Origin: Octopus sinensis
Lineage: Eukaryota
DNA length: 64,000 nt
Direction of reading: 5' to 3'
NCBI RefSeq assembly: GCF_006345805.1
Contig: NC_043003.1
Location: forward strand, 79,360,001-79,424,000
A program made the translations under genes and the position numbers. The notes below the pieces were generated by a model. That model made no database searches and was not told the origin of the DNA. It was given only the letters and a program-made list of their open reading frames with translations. Positions 1 to 12,350 of this stretch are shown here, in pieces (the first letter of the stretch is position 1; each line of letters starts with the position of its first letter).

Positions 1-312
1 ATTTCCATAAAAATTTAAAATTTATATAGATGATACATAAATTGGTGTGGGTGTTGGTGGCACATAAAAAGCACTGGTGATGGTGCCACGTAAAAAGTAC
101 TGGGAATGGTGCTAAATAAAAAGCACTGGTGTTGGTTCCACATGAAAAGCATCCAGTACATTCTATAAAGTGATTGGTGTTAGGAAAGGCATCCAGTTGT
201 AGAAACCAAGCCGAAAAAGACTATAGAACCTGGTGCAGCCCCTGGCCAGTTCCTATCAAACTGTCCAACCCATGCCAGCATGGAAAACAGACATTAAATG
301 TTAATAATGAGG
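1..312 (+). mobile_element. Family E (RTE-tailed repeat), degenerate copy
   Basis: Repeated (ggc)acataaaaagcac units, ggtgttaggaaaggcatccag, and the ccaacccatgccagcatggaaaa tail shared with the other family E copies. Confidence 0.7.
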
Positions 313-999
313 AGGAAGAAGGCACTAATCCATGCAAATATCTAAAAGGAGCCATATAGTGGATGGGATAGTATGAAGAAATATGGCTAATAAGCTTCAA
401 GACACTTACCTTAGCTGCCATGCAGTGGGACTGAACCCAGCACCATGTGGTTGGGAAGCAAGCTTCTTATCATACAGCCACACCTGCATTTATTTTCTAT
501 TATTTCATATTTTAGTCACTGGACTTTTATATTTTAGTCAAGCTGGAGCACCAGCTCGAACAATTTCATTTATTTGACTCCACTACTTTGTACTATTGAA
601 TTATGCCCAAAATCACAGACATAAACAAACCAGCATCGGTTACCAAGCAGTTAGAAACTAACACAATGATGGGCATTCACACAGTTTCCATCTATCAAAT
701 TCATTCACAAAGTATCGGTTGACTTGGGCTACAGTAGAAGACACTTGACCATGATAGTGGCACAAACCTAGGACCATGTGGTAGCAAGGCTGACTTCTTA
801 ACCACACAGCTGTACCTATTCCTAGAAAAAAAACCTGAACAAACAAACAAAAAAAAACAAAACATGGATAGTCATATGGTTGGAATGTCTTTCATCATGG
901 GTCTGCTCAGTCAGGATTGACCTGGGGCTGAAAAAACAACAACAGAAATAACTCAATAGCATTCATAAAATATGTCCAAGAACAAAGGTTTATACTCAC

Positions 1000-1085
1000 G
1001 CAAAGTCAGGATTTGGCATCATTGTATTTCCAATGTAAAGTGAAAGTAAGAATGGAATTGTTACGATCAAACTCACCAAGGCACC
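1000..1085 (-). CDS. SLC5: SLC5 exon 12 (gene continues beyond the window start)
   Basis: ttttgtttttag, then 86 nt GALVSLIVTIPFLLSLYIGNTMMPNPDF(A), then GTGAGT. An in-frame TGA follows if unspliced; phase 0-2. Confidence 0.88.
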
Positions 1086-2014
1086 CTAAAAACAAAACAA
1101 ATATGAATGAGTCTCAGTGACAGCAAGATTAAGGCACTCAACATCTAACTATACAGAAAGACATTCAAATCACACTACAGCTATTGTAATTGGTGTAACA
1201 AGCAAGGTGTGTAACAAAGAATCTGCTGTATGGCCAGTAAATAGGTCACACTGAAACCATGCTCTACTTTCTTGAAGATGGAAAGGCATATAGAACAATA
1301 TAATCCCTGGATGAACAAGAAGAAAAAAAAACATGATGGTCATGGATGGAATACTTTAGATTATAAGTTTGCTGGACTAGAGCTAACATGGAGCTAAACA
1401 ACAATTCTGATTACTCCAGTTTATCTGACTGACAAGTAGGCCCCACTCTCATTTCACAATTGACTGGTTAGTAATAGAAAGGGGATTCAACATCGGACAA
1501 CAACATCTATGTCAGAAGCTTCAAAGAAGACCAATTACTGGCTGATTGCATTTATAAGGGTGACAAGATTGTTAAAGGAATGACAATGCAACTCAGGTAG
1601 AACTAATATCACCCGGATCTTTGAAAGCATTGATTTACTGTTATTAGCTTTTAATATACATGCCAAGCATGCATATTAATGCAAATGTGTAAGCATAATT
1701 TCTTCCACACCAAAATTATTACTACATGAAAAAGGCTGTAAAACAGTTATAATCCTAAGGATGTCAAGTGGTGAAATAAATACCTCCCAACAATTTTTAT
1801 TTATATAATCTTTATGAAATAAATTTCATTGATCAGATCTTCTGGATTTCAGCTGCATGGACACTCTATATTATACTTCTTTATATTGCATTACTGTGTG
1901 GACTGTTAGCTGAATCTGTGAGAAGAGCTTTCTGTGATAGCCACATGGTTCTCTGAATCCATATCTTATACAATAAATTTATATCTATATAGATTATTTA
2001 ATAAACACAATATG

Positions 2015-2210
2015 TTTTTATGTGCTGCTATTAGTTTCATGTACTGAGAGCATGCCAGACAGTAGTTTTTAACATGTCTGGTGTCCAAGCACAATCATCA
2101 GGTACTGCCCACATGGCAGTATCTGATGACTGCGCTAGGACACCAGATGTGTAAAAAAAATGCTGTCTGGCATGGTCTCAGCACATGAAACTAATAGCAG
2201 CACATAAAAA
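2015..2210. repeat. 196-bp imperfect palindrome (fold-back or MITE-like)
   Basis: tttttatgtgctgctattagtttcatg...tactgcc-cacat-ggcagta...catgaaactaatagcagcacataaaaa; the arms are reverse complements with scattered mismatches. Confidence 0.9.
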
Positions 2211-2659
2211 TGTGCTTATAAAATAATATTTATCTCTCACCAATTGGAGTACATTTTCTGTTGACCTTACTATCACGGAACAGTACTCTCTATATATATC
2301 TAAACTATGGGTATATGAAAAGATTCATAATTTCTATCTAGCAAATTTCACACACAATGAATTGGTTTGCTACAGTAGAAGGCACTAACTGACTGTGTTG
2401 AAAGCATGGCTGTTTGGTTAAGAAACTTGTTTCCCAACCATGTGGTTTCAGGTTCAGTCCCACAATGCAGCACCTTGGGTGTCTTCTACTGAAGCCTTGT
2501 GAGTAGATTTGGTAGATGGAAACTGAAAGAAGCCTACTGTAAATTTATGTTAAAAAATTACAGTAGAGTCAGCTCGAACAGACAGTTATGTTAAGGTGGC
2601 TACAAATATTATATACATACATATAAAGATATATACATACACACACACACACATATATG

Positions 2660-3367
2660 CATGCAGAAGCGTGTAATCGTTTCATTGAGCACGACAAAGA
2701 AAGTTGTCATGGCGATGCCTGCTTAAAAGTCAATGCAGTGTTGCAGAATAAGTGTATGAATGTTCCAGACGTTTCCAAGATAGCTGAAAAAATGTCTATA
2801 TTGACGAATGTTCTGAGAGACCCACAACCAGCAGAACTGAAAAAAAACATCACAGATGTGCATGCAGCTGTGAGGGGAAATCATTGAATCACCATCCGTG
2901 AATTATCAGAAGATGTGCAGATTAGTTACGGCTCAGTTCCATCCATTATCACTGAAGATTTGGGTAGGAGATGCGTGTCTGCCAAGTTTGTGCCAAAACT
3001 GCTTTCAGCAGACCAAAAAGACACTTGAGTTTCAGTTGCCCAAGATTTCCTTGATCGAGTCAAGAATGATGAGAACTTTCTTGAAAACTTTGTGTAGGCC
3101 TCTGAGAAGGTATTGCCAAACTTTTGGCAAAATTTGATGCAGATTCTCTGCTCAACTTTCTCAGTCAGGATCAATGTGATGATCACATGCTACACACCTT
3201 CCTTCCAAGCACTGCTGTAAACAGTGGAAATAAGCTAAAATGTTTAAACTTATTGCACATGTACAGCAAAGATCAAGGTCAATCTGTGCCAAGCGGCTTC
3301 ACTCTGCATCCTTTAGCCTCGTTACTATGGCAACAGTTCGGATACTTATTGATCACAGACTGATATC
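2660..3367. mobile_element. Rearranged mariner remnant (transposase pseudogene)
   Basis: Plus strand encodes ITIRELSEDVQISYGSVPSIITEDLGRRCVSAKFVPKLL (WVPxxL-like). Minus strand 3090-3367 carries a TIR-like end and the N-terminus TEKVEQRICIKFCQKFG. Confidence 0.85.
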
Positions 3368-4485
3368 AAGTAATCTTGTGTCTGGTTGTGAAATTGTGAG
3401 AAAATAAAGTTGTGGTATTAATAGAAAAGTGAAGAAAAAGAAAAAAAAAAATGAAAAATTGCATTTATAAATATTAATTTCCTTACTGTATTTATTGATA
3501 ATGAATAAATAATGATTTTAGTTTCCTTATTTATTTTTCACTTTTCACTTTTTGATTTCAATTTTTTCACATTTCCTGCTTGAATCTCACAAAAATAATC
3601 TATCACCCAACTGTAAATCTCAGAACAAATATATTTAATGTAGTGAGCTTAGAAATAGAAATTTTAATGAATTGATAATACAACCATAATGAAGTGAATA
3701 TACTGTTGACTTGATAATTAATTCTGATCAAAGAGTACAGGGGAGATAACAGTGAAATATAAATTAATTAGAATTAATTACAAACTGAATGTAGGCAATA
3801 CAGTGACAACTCCAGGCATGTTTCAGTGTTAGTAGACTTCTTCAGCACAGTGTAGCCAGACCGTTGATGCAAGATAAAGGTGACATGATAGCGTGCTTCT
3901 TTTTCGGATTTATGATTTACTGACAATTCAGACACACACACACACACATATTCTCTTTCTCTTTTTAATTCTATAGTAAATTTTGACTGGCTATCTACTT
4001 GGTAGCAAGGTTGTGAAAGAAAGTATATTCCTTTAACCATCATCCTTTAAATCTTAAGAAGGTCTTGCAGATTTTTATAATCCCAGATATCATGACTGTA
4101 GCATACAAATTAAGGATTTGCTTTCTCTTCCCAAGATCTCAAGTTCAGCCATACTTTGCTACAGATAGGTTGGTATATATCCTGTTGTTCCTATAATAAT
4201 GGGTATGAAGTTGAAAGTGTACCTTTGGTACTGGATTTGCAAGCTCCTTATCAATGGTCCATGCATGTGTGTGTGTGTATGGAATGTATTGTGAATAAAA
4301 GACTATGGAAAAATATCCATACAGAATGGGTCCTTTGGTATTTTCCTCCAAATAATTACCAAACTGGTTATATAAACTTTTTTATAGTACAGTTAACACT
4401 ATCAATACCAAATTTATAAAGGGAAACTCCCACAAAAATACATTTAGGGATTTTAAGAATTTCTGAAGTATATTGGAAGAGATGG

Positions 4486-4531
<46 letters not shown>

Positions 4532-4573
4532 AATGATAAGGATGATGATAATGATCATGAAAATAAAACTTAC

Positions 4574-4660
4574 CCATTTATGAACAAATGGGAAAAATAT
4601 CCCCAAAATAAATATTCCAAACATTGGACAACAAAATATTCCATAAAAGGAGAAAGATGC
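4574..4660 (-). CDS. SLC5: SLC5 exon 11
   Basis: ttattttcag, then 87 nt ASFSFYGIFCCPMFGIFILGIFFPFVHKW, then GTAAGT. Matches PxxGxFxLGxxFP; phase 0-0. Confidence 0.93.
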
Positions 4661-4789
4661 CTGAAAATAAATGAAAACACAACAAATGAAATTATATTCA
4701 AAGTTATTCCAGAAGACAGAGTTAAGTCTTAATTGATTAAGAATTAATTAGTTTGAATGTGATGCAGTTTCATTTTGTGCCAAGAAAAA

Positions 4790-4900
4790 TACTACTGATG
4801 CCTTCTTTCTAGTGAGACAACTGCAGGGGTGGTATTTAGCTAAGAATAAGCTGCTATTCTTAGTATTCATCGACCTGAAGAAAGCATTTGATAGAGAAAT
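4790..4900 (+). mobile_element. RTE-type LINE RT fragment
   Basis: Reads TTDAFFLVRQLQ...LLFLVFIDLKKAFDR. Confidence 0.75.
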
Positions 4901-5544
4901 ACAAAGGCAATGTCAGCAACGTAAGAGTTAGTAATGAGGACAATAATGAATTCAGTATGACAGCTGTAAGGAAAGTGGGCTGCCAACTCTCGACTGGGCT
5001 AATGGGCAAAGCTGACCTCAGCAGAATTTGAATTCAGTGCACAGAAAGCCTGAATAAATATTGCAACATATTCTAATCAATGCTGTGTATGTGTGTTTGT
5101 TTATACAGGTGTAAACCTGTGGCTGAGATTGCAGCATTTTATGTTAAAAGATAATATATACTGGAGGCAATACTATTTGGTTTAAAACCCTTAAAGACAT
5201 GTTCTATCATGACTGCAGTCCAATGACTAAAACTAGTAAAAGAATGAGATAAATGTATTATTCTGTCTTTTTTCAGATTCCCTTAACTTTTTCTATGACC
5301 AATAGAGGATTTGAACTCATTATTACTGAAAGGTAACAGAACAAAGCAGTAGTTCTACAACTATCTGCAATGATGAACTGGAGCTAACTAGTGGTGTCTA
5401 TTTATGGTCAAGTGGATGGAACCCCAGTGTGAGTGTTTTAACCAATGGACATTGGTTGATAATGGAGACAGAGTTATACTATGGTACTCTAACACCGTAG
5501 TAATGCAATGCGTGAGGGCACATAGTTTAGTGGTGAGGGTATTT

Positions 5545-5835
5545 GGCTCATGATCATAAGGTTGTGGGTTCAATTCCTGGTGACACGTTGTGTCCTTGAG
5601 CAAGACACTTTATTTAACCTTGCTCCAGTCCACTCAGCTGGCAAAAGTGAGTTGTACCTGTGATTTAAAAGGCCAACCTTATCACATTCTGTGTCACCCT
5701 GAAGCTCCCTGAGAACTACGTTAAGGGTGCACAAGTTGGTGGACTGATCAGCCACTTGCATATTAATTTCACAAGCTGGCTGTTCCATTGATCGAATCAG
5801 CTGGAACCCTTGTCCTTGTAACAGAGTGCCAATTA
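5545..5835 (+). mobile_element. tRNA-derived SINE (related to family C)
   Basis: B-box-like ggttcaattcc, then ttgagcaagacactttatt; the 3' part is shared with the 52100-52250 copy. Confidence 0.7.
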
Positions 5836-5919
5836 TCAAAGTAACTCTACCCCACATTCCATGAATAGAGTTATAAAAAGAACTAAAGAAAAACTGCTAT
5901 TTTGTCAGCAAAACCTTAC

Positions 5920-5987
5920 CTTTAAGATGCCTTGCTGATTCTTGATCAAAATGGCCAAACCTATGCACAATATTCCAACAAAAAAAG
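5920..5987 (-). CDS. SLC5: SLC5 exon 10
   Basis: tttaatttcag, then 68 nt (S)FFVGILCIGLAILIKNQQGILK, then GTAAGG; phase 1-0. Confidence 0.92.
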
Positions 5988-6712
5988 CTGAAATTAAAAA
6001 AAATTATAATTTATATTCTCATTTATTTAATTATTGTTATTGTTGTTTTTTTGGGATGGTCATTTTTTTTTTGCAAAATAAATACACGCACTATGCATTT
6101 TAACTTCACTCATTTATTACCATTCTTATTTTATCATTTTAACTCATGTCTATTGTTCAGAAATCTTTCATCACACATCTGTGACCTCTTCAGTGACACT
6201 TTTTGTTTTTGTGTGTGCTCTTGCTCAATTTACTCCATTCTCAGTGTCGCTGAAGAAGTCACAGTTGTGTGATGAAAGATTTCTGGACACCTTGTGACTG
6301 AAATTGCATGCAAGCATACATGCATGCGCATACATGTATACATACATACATACATACATGCATACACTCACACATACACACATATATATATGTATATTTA
6401 TTGCTATATTTTCTTTTTTTCTCCCCCCCCCCCAAACAAACATACTCTGTAATCTGTCTAAGTGTTGTGTCAATTCTATGTGTTGATAATATCTTAACCT
6501 CTACATTATTAACTGAACTTCTATGTTCTGCTTGAGCTTGTTGGTAGAGCTGTGATGAGCCTTTCTTCTCTTTGAGCTCTTGCCAGTGCTTACCTATTTG
6601 TTCCTCTATGTTGCATGCATTGGAGAGATGGCATGTAGCATAGGGGAGTGAATAGGCAAATGGAGAGACAACATGCAACATAGGGGAGTGAATAGGTGAA
6701 ACATATCATCAT

Positions 6713-7072
6713 CATCATCATCATCATCATTGTTTAACGTCTGTTTTCCATGCTAGCATGGGTTGGACGATTTGACTGAGGACTGGCAAACCAGATGGCT
6801 GCATCAGGCTCCAATCTGATCTGGCAGAGTTTCTACAGCTGGATGTCCTTCCTAACGCCAACCACTCTGAGAGTGTAGTGGGTGCTTTTACATGCCAGCG
6901 GCACGAGGGCCAGCCTGGCGGTACTGGCAACAGTCATGCTCAAATGGTGTTTTTTTACGTGCCATCTGCACAGGAGTCAGTCCAGCGGCTCTGGCAACGA
7001 CCTCGCTCAAATGTTTTGTTTACATGCCACCGGCACAAGTGCCAGTTAGGCGACGCTGGTAACGATCACAAA
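6713..7072 (-). mobile_element. Family E (RTE-tailed repeat)
   Basis: (CAT)n, gtttaacgtctgttttccatgctagcatgggttgg, ggatgtccttcctaacgcca, and internal gtgcc/ggcac units. Confidence 0.8.
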
Positions 7073-7561
7073 CGTATATATACATACACACACACATTTA
7101 TATATATATATATATCTTTTTGTACAAGTTAGTCTATACTCCTTGTGATATTTACTTTGAAAAGGCAGGTAACCCTTTTTTAACTTCAGGTAAACTCAGT
7201 AATTTGATAAATTGAGTACTGGACCAGACCAGGCTGATGTAAGTGACTGCAATCCGATGGTTAAAAACAGTCAAAGAATCAAAGAATACACATATATTAT
7301 ACATATATATATTATAAATAAATATACACACTCACACATATGTATACACAAACACTCCATAGAGAGTGGATAAATATCTAAGAAAAGAGATCCTAGCTGA
7401 TGTTAGTTTTCCAAGACATAATGATGGAACAATGCCACACAAATTGATTAAGAGGCAAGTCAACAGAAGAAGAATTATGTAACTTTGGAAGAATAAGAAA
7501 CTAAACTTTCTTGCAAGTGTAAAAAAAATTGTAAAATAAAATGGAAAGTAAATAGACTTAC

Positions 7562-7668
7562 ACAATATACTTGAAGCCACTTCTGAGTTCCGCATTTGTG
7601 TAATGCATTTTGGTAGTAAGTTTCTGAACAAAACACTATTAGTAGCACTAAGTCCACAGGATATTGAA
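7562..7668 (-). CDS. SLC5: SLC5 exon 9
   Basis: ggttttccag, then 107 nt SISCGLSATNSVLFRNLLPKCITQMRNSEVASSIL+t, then GTAAGT. Na2-site helix region; phase 2-1. Confidence 0.9.
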
Positions 7669-7974
7669 CTGGAAAACCAAATTGTATTGTAAGAAAATTT
7701 ATGATAAATCATATGAAATTATCTGGAGATAAAGAAAAATTGGAGTGACAGAGATGGGGGAATAGAGAATGAGAGAAACAGCTAAAGAAAGAGAAGGTGG
7801 GTAACTAGTTAAATATTGTGCAGAGCTACAAAATTCTGTGTGTGCGTGTATGTGTTTGTGTGCATGTGTGTAAGAGAGAGGGAGGAGAGAGAGGGGGGAG
7901 AGAGAGAAGGAGATAGAGAGAGTTAGCCAACAAAAAAAACTCCAAGATTGTAAGTCATAATATTTTGGACTAAT

Positions 7975-8612
7975 AGGTGCAGGCATGGCTCTGTGGTGAG
8001 AAGTTTGGTTCTGGGTACAGTCCCACAGTGTGGCATCTTGGGCAAGTGTCTTTTACTGGAGTCTTGTAAGTGGATTTGATAGACAGAAACTAAAAGAAGC
8101 CTTTGTGTACTGTGTACATATATATCACGTCCGTGCCGGTGGCACGTAAAAAGCACCAACCGATCGTGGCCATTGCCAGCATCACCTGGCACCTGTGCCG
8201 GTGGCACATAAAAGTACCCACTACACTCATGGAGTGGTTGGCGTTAGGAAGGGCAACCAGCTGTAGAATCACTGCCAGATCAGACTGGGCCTGGTGCAGC
8301 CCCCTGGCTTCCCAGACCCCAGTCGAACCATCCAACCCATGCTAGCATAGAAAGCGGACGTTAAACGATGATGATGATATGCATGTGTGTATATGTGTGT
8401 CTTTGTGTCTCTGTTTGCCCCCCCCCATCACTACTTGACAACTAGTATTGGTGTGTTTACATCCTCATAACTTAGTGGTTTAGCAAGGGAGACAATAGAA
8501 TAAGTACTAGGCTTTAAAGAAAAAAGATGCTGGGGTCTATTCATTCACCTAAAAATTCTTCAAGGTGGTGCCCCAGCATGGGCGCAGTCTTGTGACTGAA
8601 ACAAGTAACAAA
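7975..8612 (+). mobile_element. Family A SINE with a family E element nested at 8126-8378
   Basis: A head (ggctctgtggt...gggcaagtgtctt...gaaactaaaagaagcc) and A tail (ccagcatgggcgcagtc...gactgaaacaagtaa) are split by an E copy ending in (GAT)n. Confidence 0.8.
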
Positions 8613-9019
8613 TAAAGCTAATTAACCTGAGTTTAGAAGTGAAAAAAATGTTTTATTAATTACATTCTAGAATGCAAAGCATGAACATGGAAACAAACAA
8701 ATTAACTATATATATGAACAAGTGTGGCTGTGTTGTAAGAAGCTTGCTTCCCAACCACTTAGTTTTGGGTTCAGTCCCACTGCATGGCACCATGGGCAAG
8801 TGTCTTCAACTATAGCCTCGGGCTAACCAAAGCCTTGTGAATGGATTTTGTTGATGAAAACTGAATAAAGCCTGTCATGTGTATGTATGAATGTGTGTGT
8901 GTATTCATCTATATGTTTGTGTCTTATATTGTTCAGTTCATTCAATTCAATGAACAGAGTCGATCTCTATTGAACACAAATTGCATCACACTCTTCTCAT
9001 TGTTTATTATTAATATTAC

Positions 9020-10300
9020 CAACAAAAACCACATGGTTCCGGGTTCAGTCCCACTGTGTGGCACCATGGGCAAGTGTCTTCTACTATTGTCTCGGGCCAA
9101 CCAAAGCCCTGTGAGTGGATTTGGTAGATGGAAACTGAAAGAAGCCCATCGTATATATGCATATATGTATGTGTGTGTGTGTTTGTGCCTGTGTTAGTAT
9201 CCCCAACATCACTTGACAACCAATGTATGTATGTGTGTGTATATGTCTGTGCGTCTGTGTTTGTCTCCCAAAATCACTTCACAACCGATGCTGGTGTGAT
9301 TACGTTCCCGTAACTTAGCAGTTCGGCAAAAGAGACCGATAGAATAAGTATTAGGCTTACAAAGAATAAATCCTGGGGTTAATTCGCTTAACTAAAAGTG
9401 ATGCTCCAGCATGGCCGCAGTCAAATGACTGAAACGAATAAAAGAATAAAAACACATTTCTGATGCTCAGACGTTTAATTCAAAATTGTATACCTACCTC
9501 ATTGTAGCATTAAAGACACCTGCAACAAACAGTCCAGCAACCCCTACGTCGACCTCCTCCACCATGAATCTAGCAGCTTGCTAAGAAAAAAAGAAATGAC
9601 AATCATCATCATCATCATCATTTAGCGTCCGTTTTCCATGCTAGCATGGGTTGGACGGTTTAACTGGGGTCTGTGAAGCCGGAAGGCTTCATCAGGCCCA
9701 GTCAGATTTGGCAGTGTTTCTACGGCTGGATGCCCTTCCTAACGCCAACCACTCCGTGAGTGTAGTGGGTGCTTTTTACGTGCCACCTGCACAGGTGCCA
9801 AACAGAGCTGGCAAACGGCCACGAACAGATGGTGTTTTTTTCGTGCCACCGGCACGGGGGCCAGGCGAGGCTGGCAACGGACACGAATGGATGGTGCTTT
9901 TACAATAACATTTACATTTCAAAATAAACATAGGTGTAGTAGTGGCTGTGTAATAAGTAGCTTGCTTACCAGCCACATGGTTCTGAGTTCAGTCCCACTG
10001 CGTGACACCTTGGGCAAGTGTCTTCTACTATAGCATCGGGTCGACCAAAGCCTTGTGAGTGGATTTGGTAGACGGAAACTGAAAGAAGCCCATTGTGTAT
10101 ATGCATATATGTATGTGCAATCACTTGACAACCGATGCCGGTGTGTTTACATCCCCGTAACTTAGCGGTTCGGCAAAAGAGACCGATAGAATAAATACTA
10201 GGCTTACAAAGAATAAGTCCTGGGGTTGATTTGCTTGACTAAAGGTGGTGCTCCAGCATGGCCACAGTCAAATGACTGAAACAAGTAACAGAGTAAAAGA
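9020..10300. mobile_element. SINE cluster: A(+) 9020-9450, E(-) 9604-9900, A(+) 9930-10300, surrounding SLC5 exon 8
   Basis: Family consensus blocks recur many times in the window. Confidence 0.8.
9498..9580 (-). CDS. SLC5: SLC5 exon 8
   Basis: ttttttcttag, then 83 nt QAARFMVEEVDVGVAGLFVAGVFNATM(S), then GTAGGT. Matches PGLFVAxxxSxTLS; phase 0-2. Confidence 0.92.
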
Positions 10301-10561
10301 GTATAAACACACACACACACACTCAGAGGCGCAGAAGCAACACACTTTAAAGCAATTTTAAGGCAATTTTAAGGTACTCCAATGGTAGAGTAAGAAAACC
10401 ATGAATCAGGTACTCCATATCAGTCAGAGGGATGTGGACAGTCTGTGCAGTAATTAGTCAATTCAAATAAACAATTAATTCTAATAAGTGAGTAAAAATT
10501 AATGGACAACAAGAGGACCTGCACAAGGAATGGATTAGCTTGACACTTGGGGAAAAGAGAG

Positions 10562-10597
10562 AGTTTGACGTTTTGAGCATAGCTCTTCATTGGAATG
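10562..10597 (-). ncRNA. Degenerate minimal hammerhead-like motif
   Basis: Minus strand cCAATGA-A-GAGC-TAT-GCTC-AAAAC-GTC. Stem II and the GTC triplet are intact; the core deviates from CTGATGA and GAAAC. Confidence 0.35.
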
Positions 10598-11538
10598 GAG
10601 AAAGGGAAAATTCTAAAGAAACTAAAAGAAATTGCCAACAGCACATGTGCAATATTTTGGAGACGTCTGCAATCTAATAAAAGACAAAGACCGCTCAATC
10701 ACATTGATGTTAGAGGCAGAGTCACACAACACACAATATGAAATTGAGGAGCTACCAAAGCTAATGGGGTACATTTGGAACGACACAAAGAAATGTACCT
10801 CAGTTGTGGCTGCTTGAAAATAAAGAAGACGAAGATGAAAGTGGTGGCAACAAAGAGGACAAAGATGATTACGACGACAACAATAACAACAACAGCAGCA
10901 GCAGCCATTCAAGAATTTGGACCTAGAGATCTCCATTTCCTGCGACTTCGAGGGCCACCTCCCAGTGGTGTCGGGCGTCAATGAAGAACCCTTGACTACA
11001 AGACGGCCACAGTTTTTTTTTTTTTTCCAAGGTCTGGGGTCTCCCGTCCCTAAGCCCTAGACCATCACCTAATCACCCTTACCTGTCTTGTTGCTTAACA
11101 ACAACAACAACAACAGCAGCAGCAGCAATTAGTACCTCTAATTAGTATCACAACTCTAATTGTGGAGGGAACATGTGGAAGGAGATGTAGGGTGAAGTGG
11201 TGTGAAAGGATCTTCGGATGTTAGGCTTCACAGTGGGGGGATTACAAAGGACAGAGATTCTTGGTGGTTTGTTGTGGTTGAGAAGATACAAGCTAAGTAA
11301 AATCATGGTTGTCCTTGCATACATGCATGTTCCCTGCACCCTTCTGCAGCTGAGCGATCCTAATCTTGATAAATTAGGGGTGTGGGTGCTGGTGCCATGT
11401 AAAAAGCACCTGTACCAGTGCCATGTAAAAGCTCCCATACCAGTGTTGCATAAAAGCACCCAGTACACTCTGTAAAGTGATTGGCATTAGGAAGGTCATC
11501 CAGCAGTAGAAACTATGCCAAAACTATGCTAAAATTAA

Positions 11539-11757
11539 GGCGGCGAGCTGGCAGAAATGTTAGCTTGCCGGCAAAATGCTTATCAGTATTTCGTCTGCCG
11601 TTATGTTCTGAGTTCAAATTCCGTCGAGGTAGACTTTGCCTTTCATCCTTTCGGGGTCGATAAATTAAGTACCAGTTATGCACAGGGGTCAATGTAATTG
11701 ATTTAATCCCTTTGTCTGTCCTTGTTTGTCCCCTCTGTGGGCAATAAAGAAATAAGA
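11539..11757 (+). mobile_element. Family B tRNA-derived SINE (Meta-domain-like), inserted into a family E copy
   Basis: ggcggcgagctggcagaa head, gagttcaaattcc B-box, and gcctttcatcctttcggggtcgataaa core; aaactatgccaaa occurs on both sides. Confidence 0.8.
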
Positions 11758-12350
11758 AACTATGCCAAAGCAAGTATGGGGCCCAGGTAGCCCTTCAGCT
11801 GGCCAGCTCCTGTTAAGCTGTCCAGCCAGCACTAGCATGGAAAATGGATGCTAAATGATGATGATGATGTGGCCTGTATGGGGATGTGACAAAGAAAGGT
11901 CTCTTTACAGCCATTTGGTTTGGTTCAATTCCAACTGTCTTCTATCACAGCTTTAGTCCAACAAAAGAATTGACAGTGAAATTTGGGAGACAGAAATTAT
12001 ATATTGAATCCTGTTAGAGGGACTGTTCCAGTTTTTGGATGGTAAATATAATCTATTGCTTCAGTTTAACATTGTAACAGGATGAAAGGTCTGTAACATT
12101 GGAGGGGTGCAGCTTTCATCCCTTACATCATCATCATCGTTTAGCATCCGCTTTCCATGCTGGCATGGGTTGGACGGTTCAACTGGGGTCTGGGAAGCCA
12201 GAAGGCTGCACCAGGCCCAGTCTGATCTGGCAATGTTTCTACGACTGGATGCCCTTCCTAACGCCAACAAATAATTTATCGAAGGAAAAGCCAAGACTTT
12301 CGAATATCTTCAACAGCATAAATATTTTTATTTTCTGGATTCGCAATACA

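Noticed and set aside
4368-4577. Poly-His and poly-Ile ORFs
   Set aside because: (GAT)n tract at the start of intron 11; only 4574-4660 is exonic.
6878-7075. Repeat-spacer-like units in family E resembling a CRISPR array
   Set aside because: Eukaryotic context, degenerate units, and intervening sequences that are homologous to each other; no cas genes.
10632-10817. 61-aa ORF with ordinary composition
   Set aside because: No recognisable homology, no splice context, and flanked by repeat remnants.
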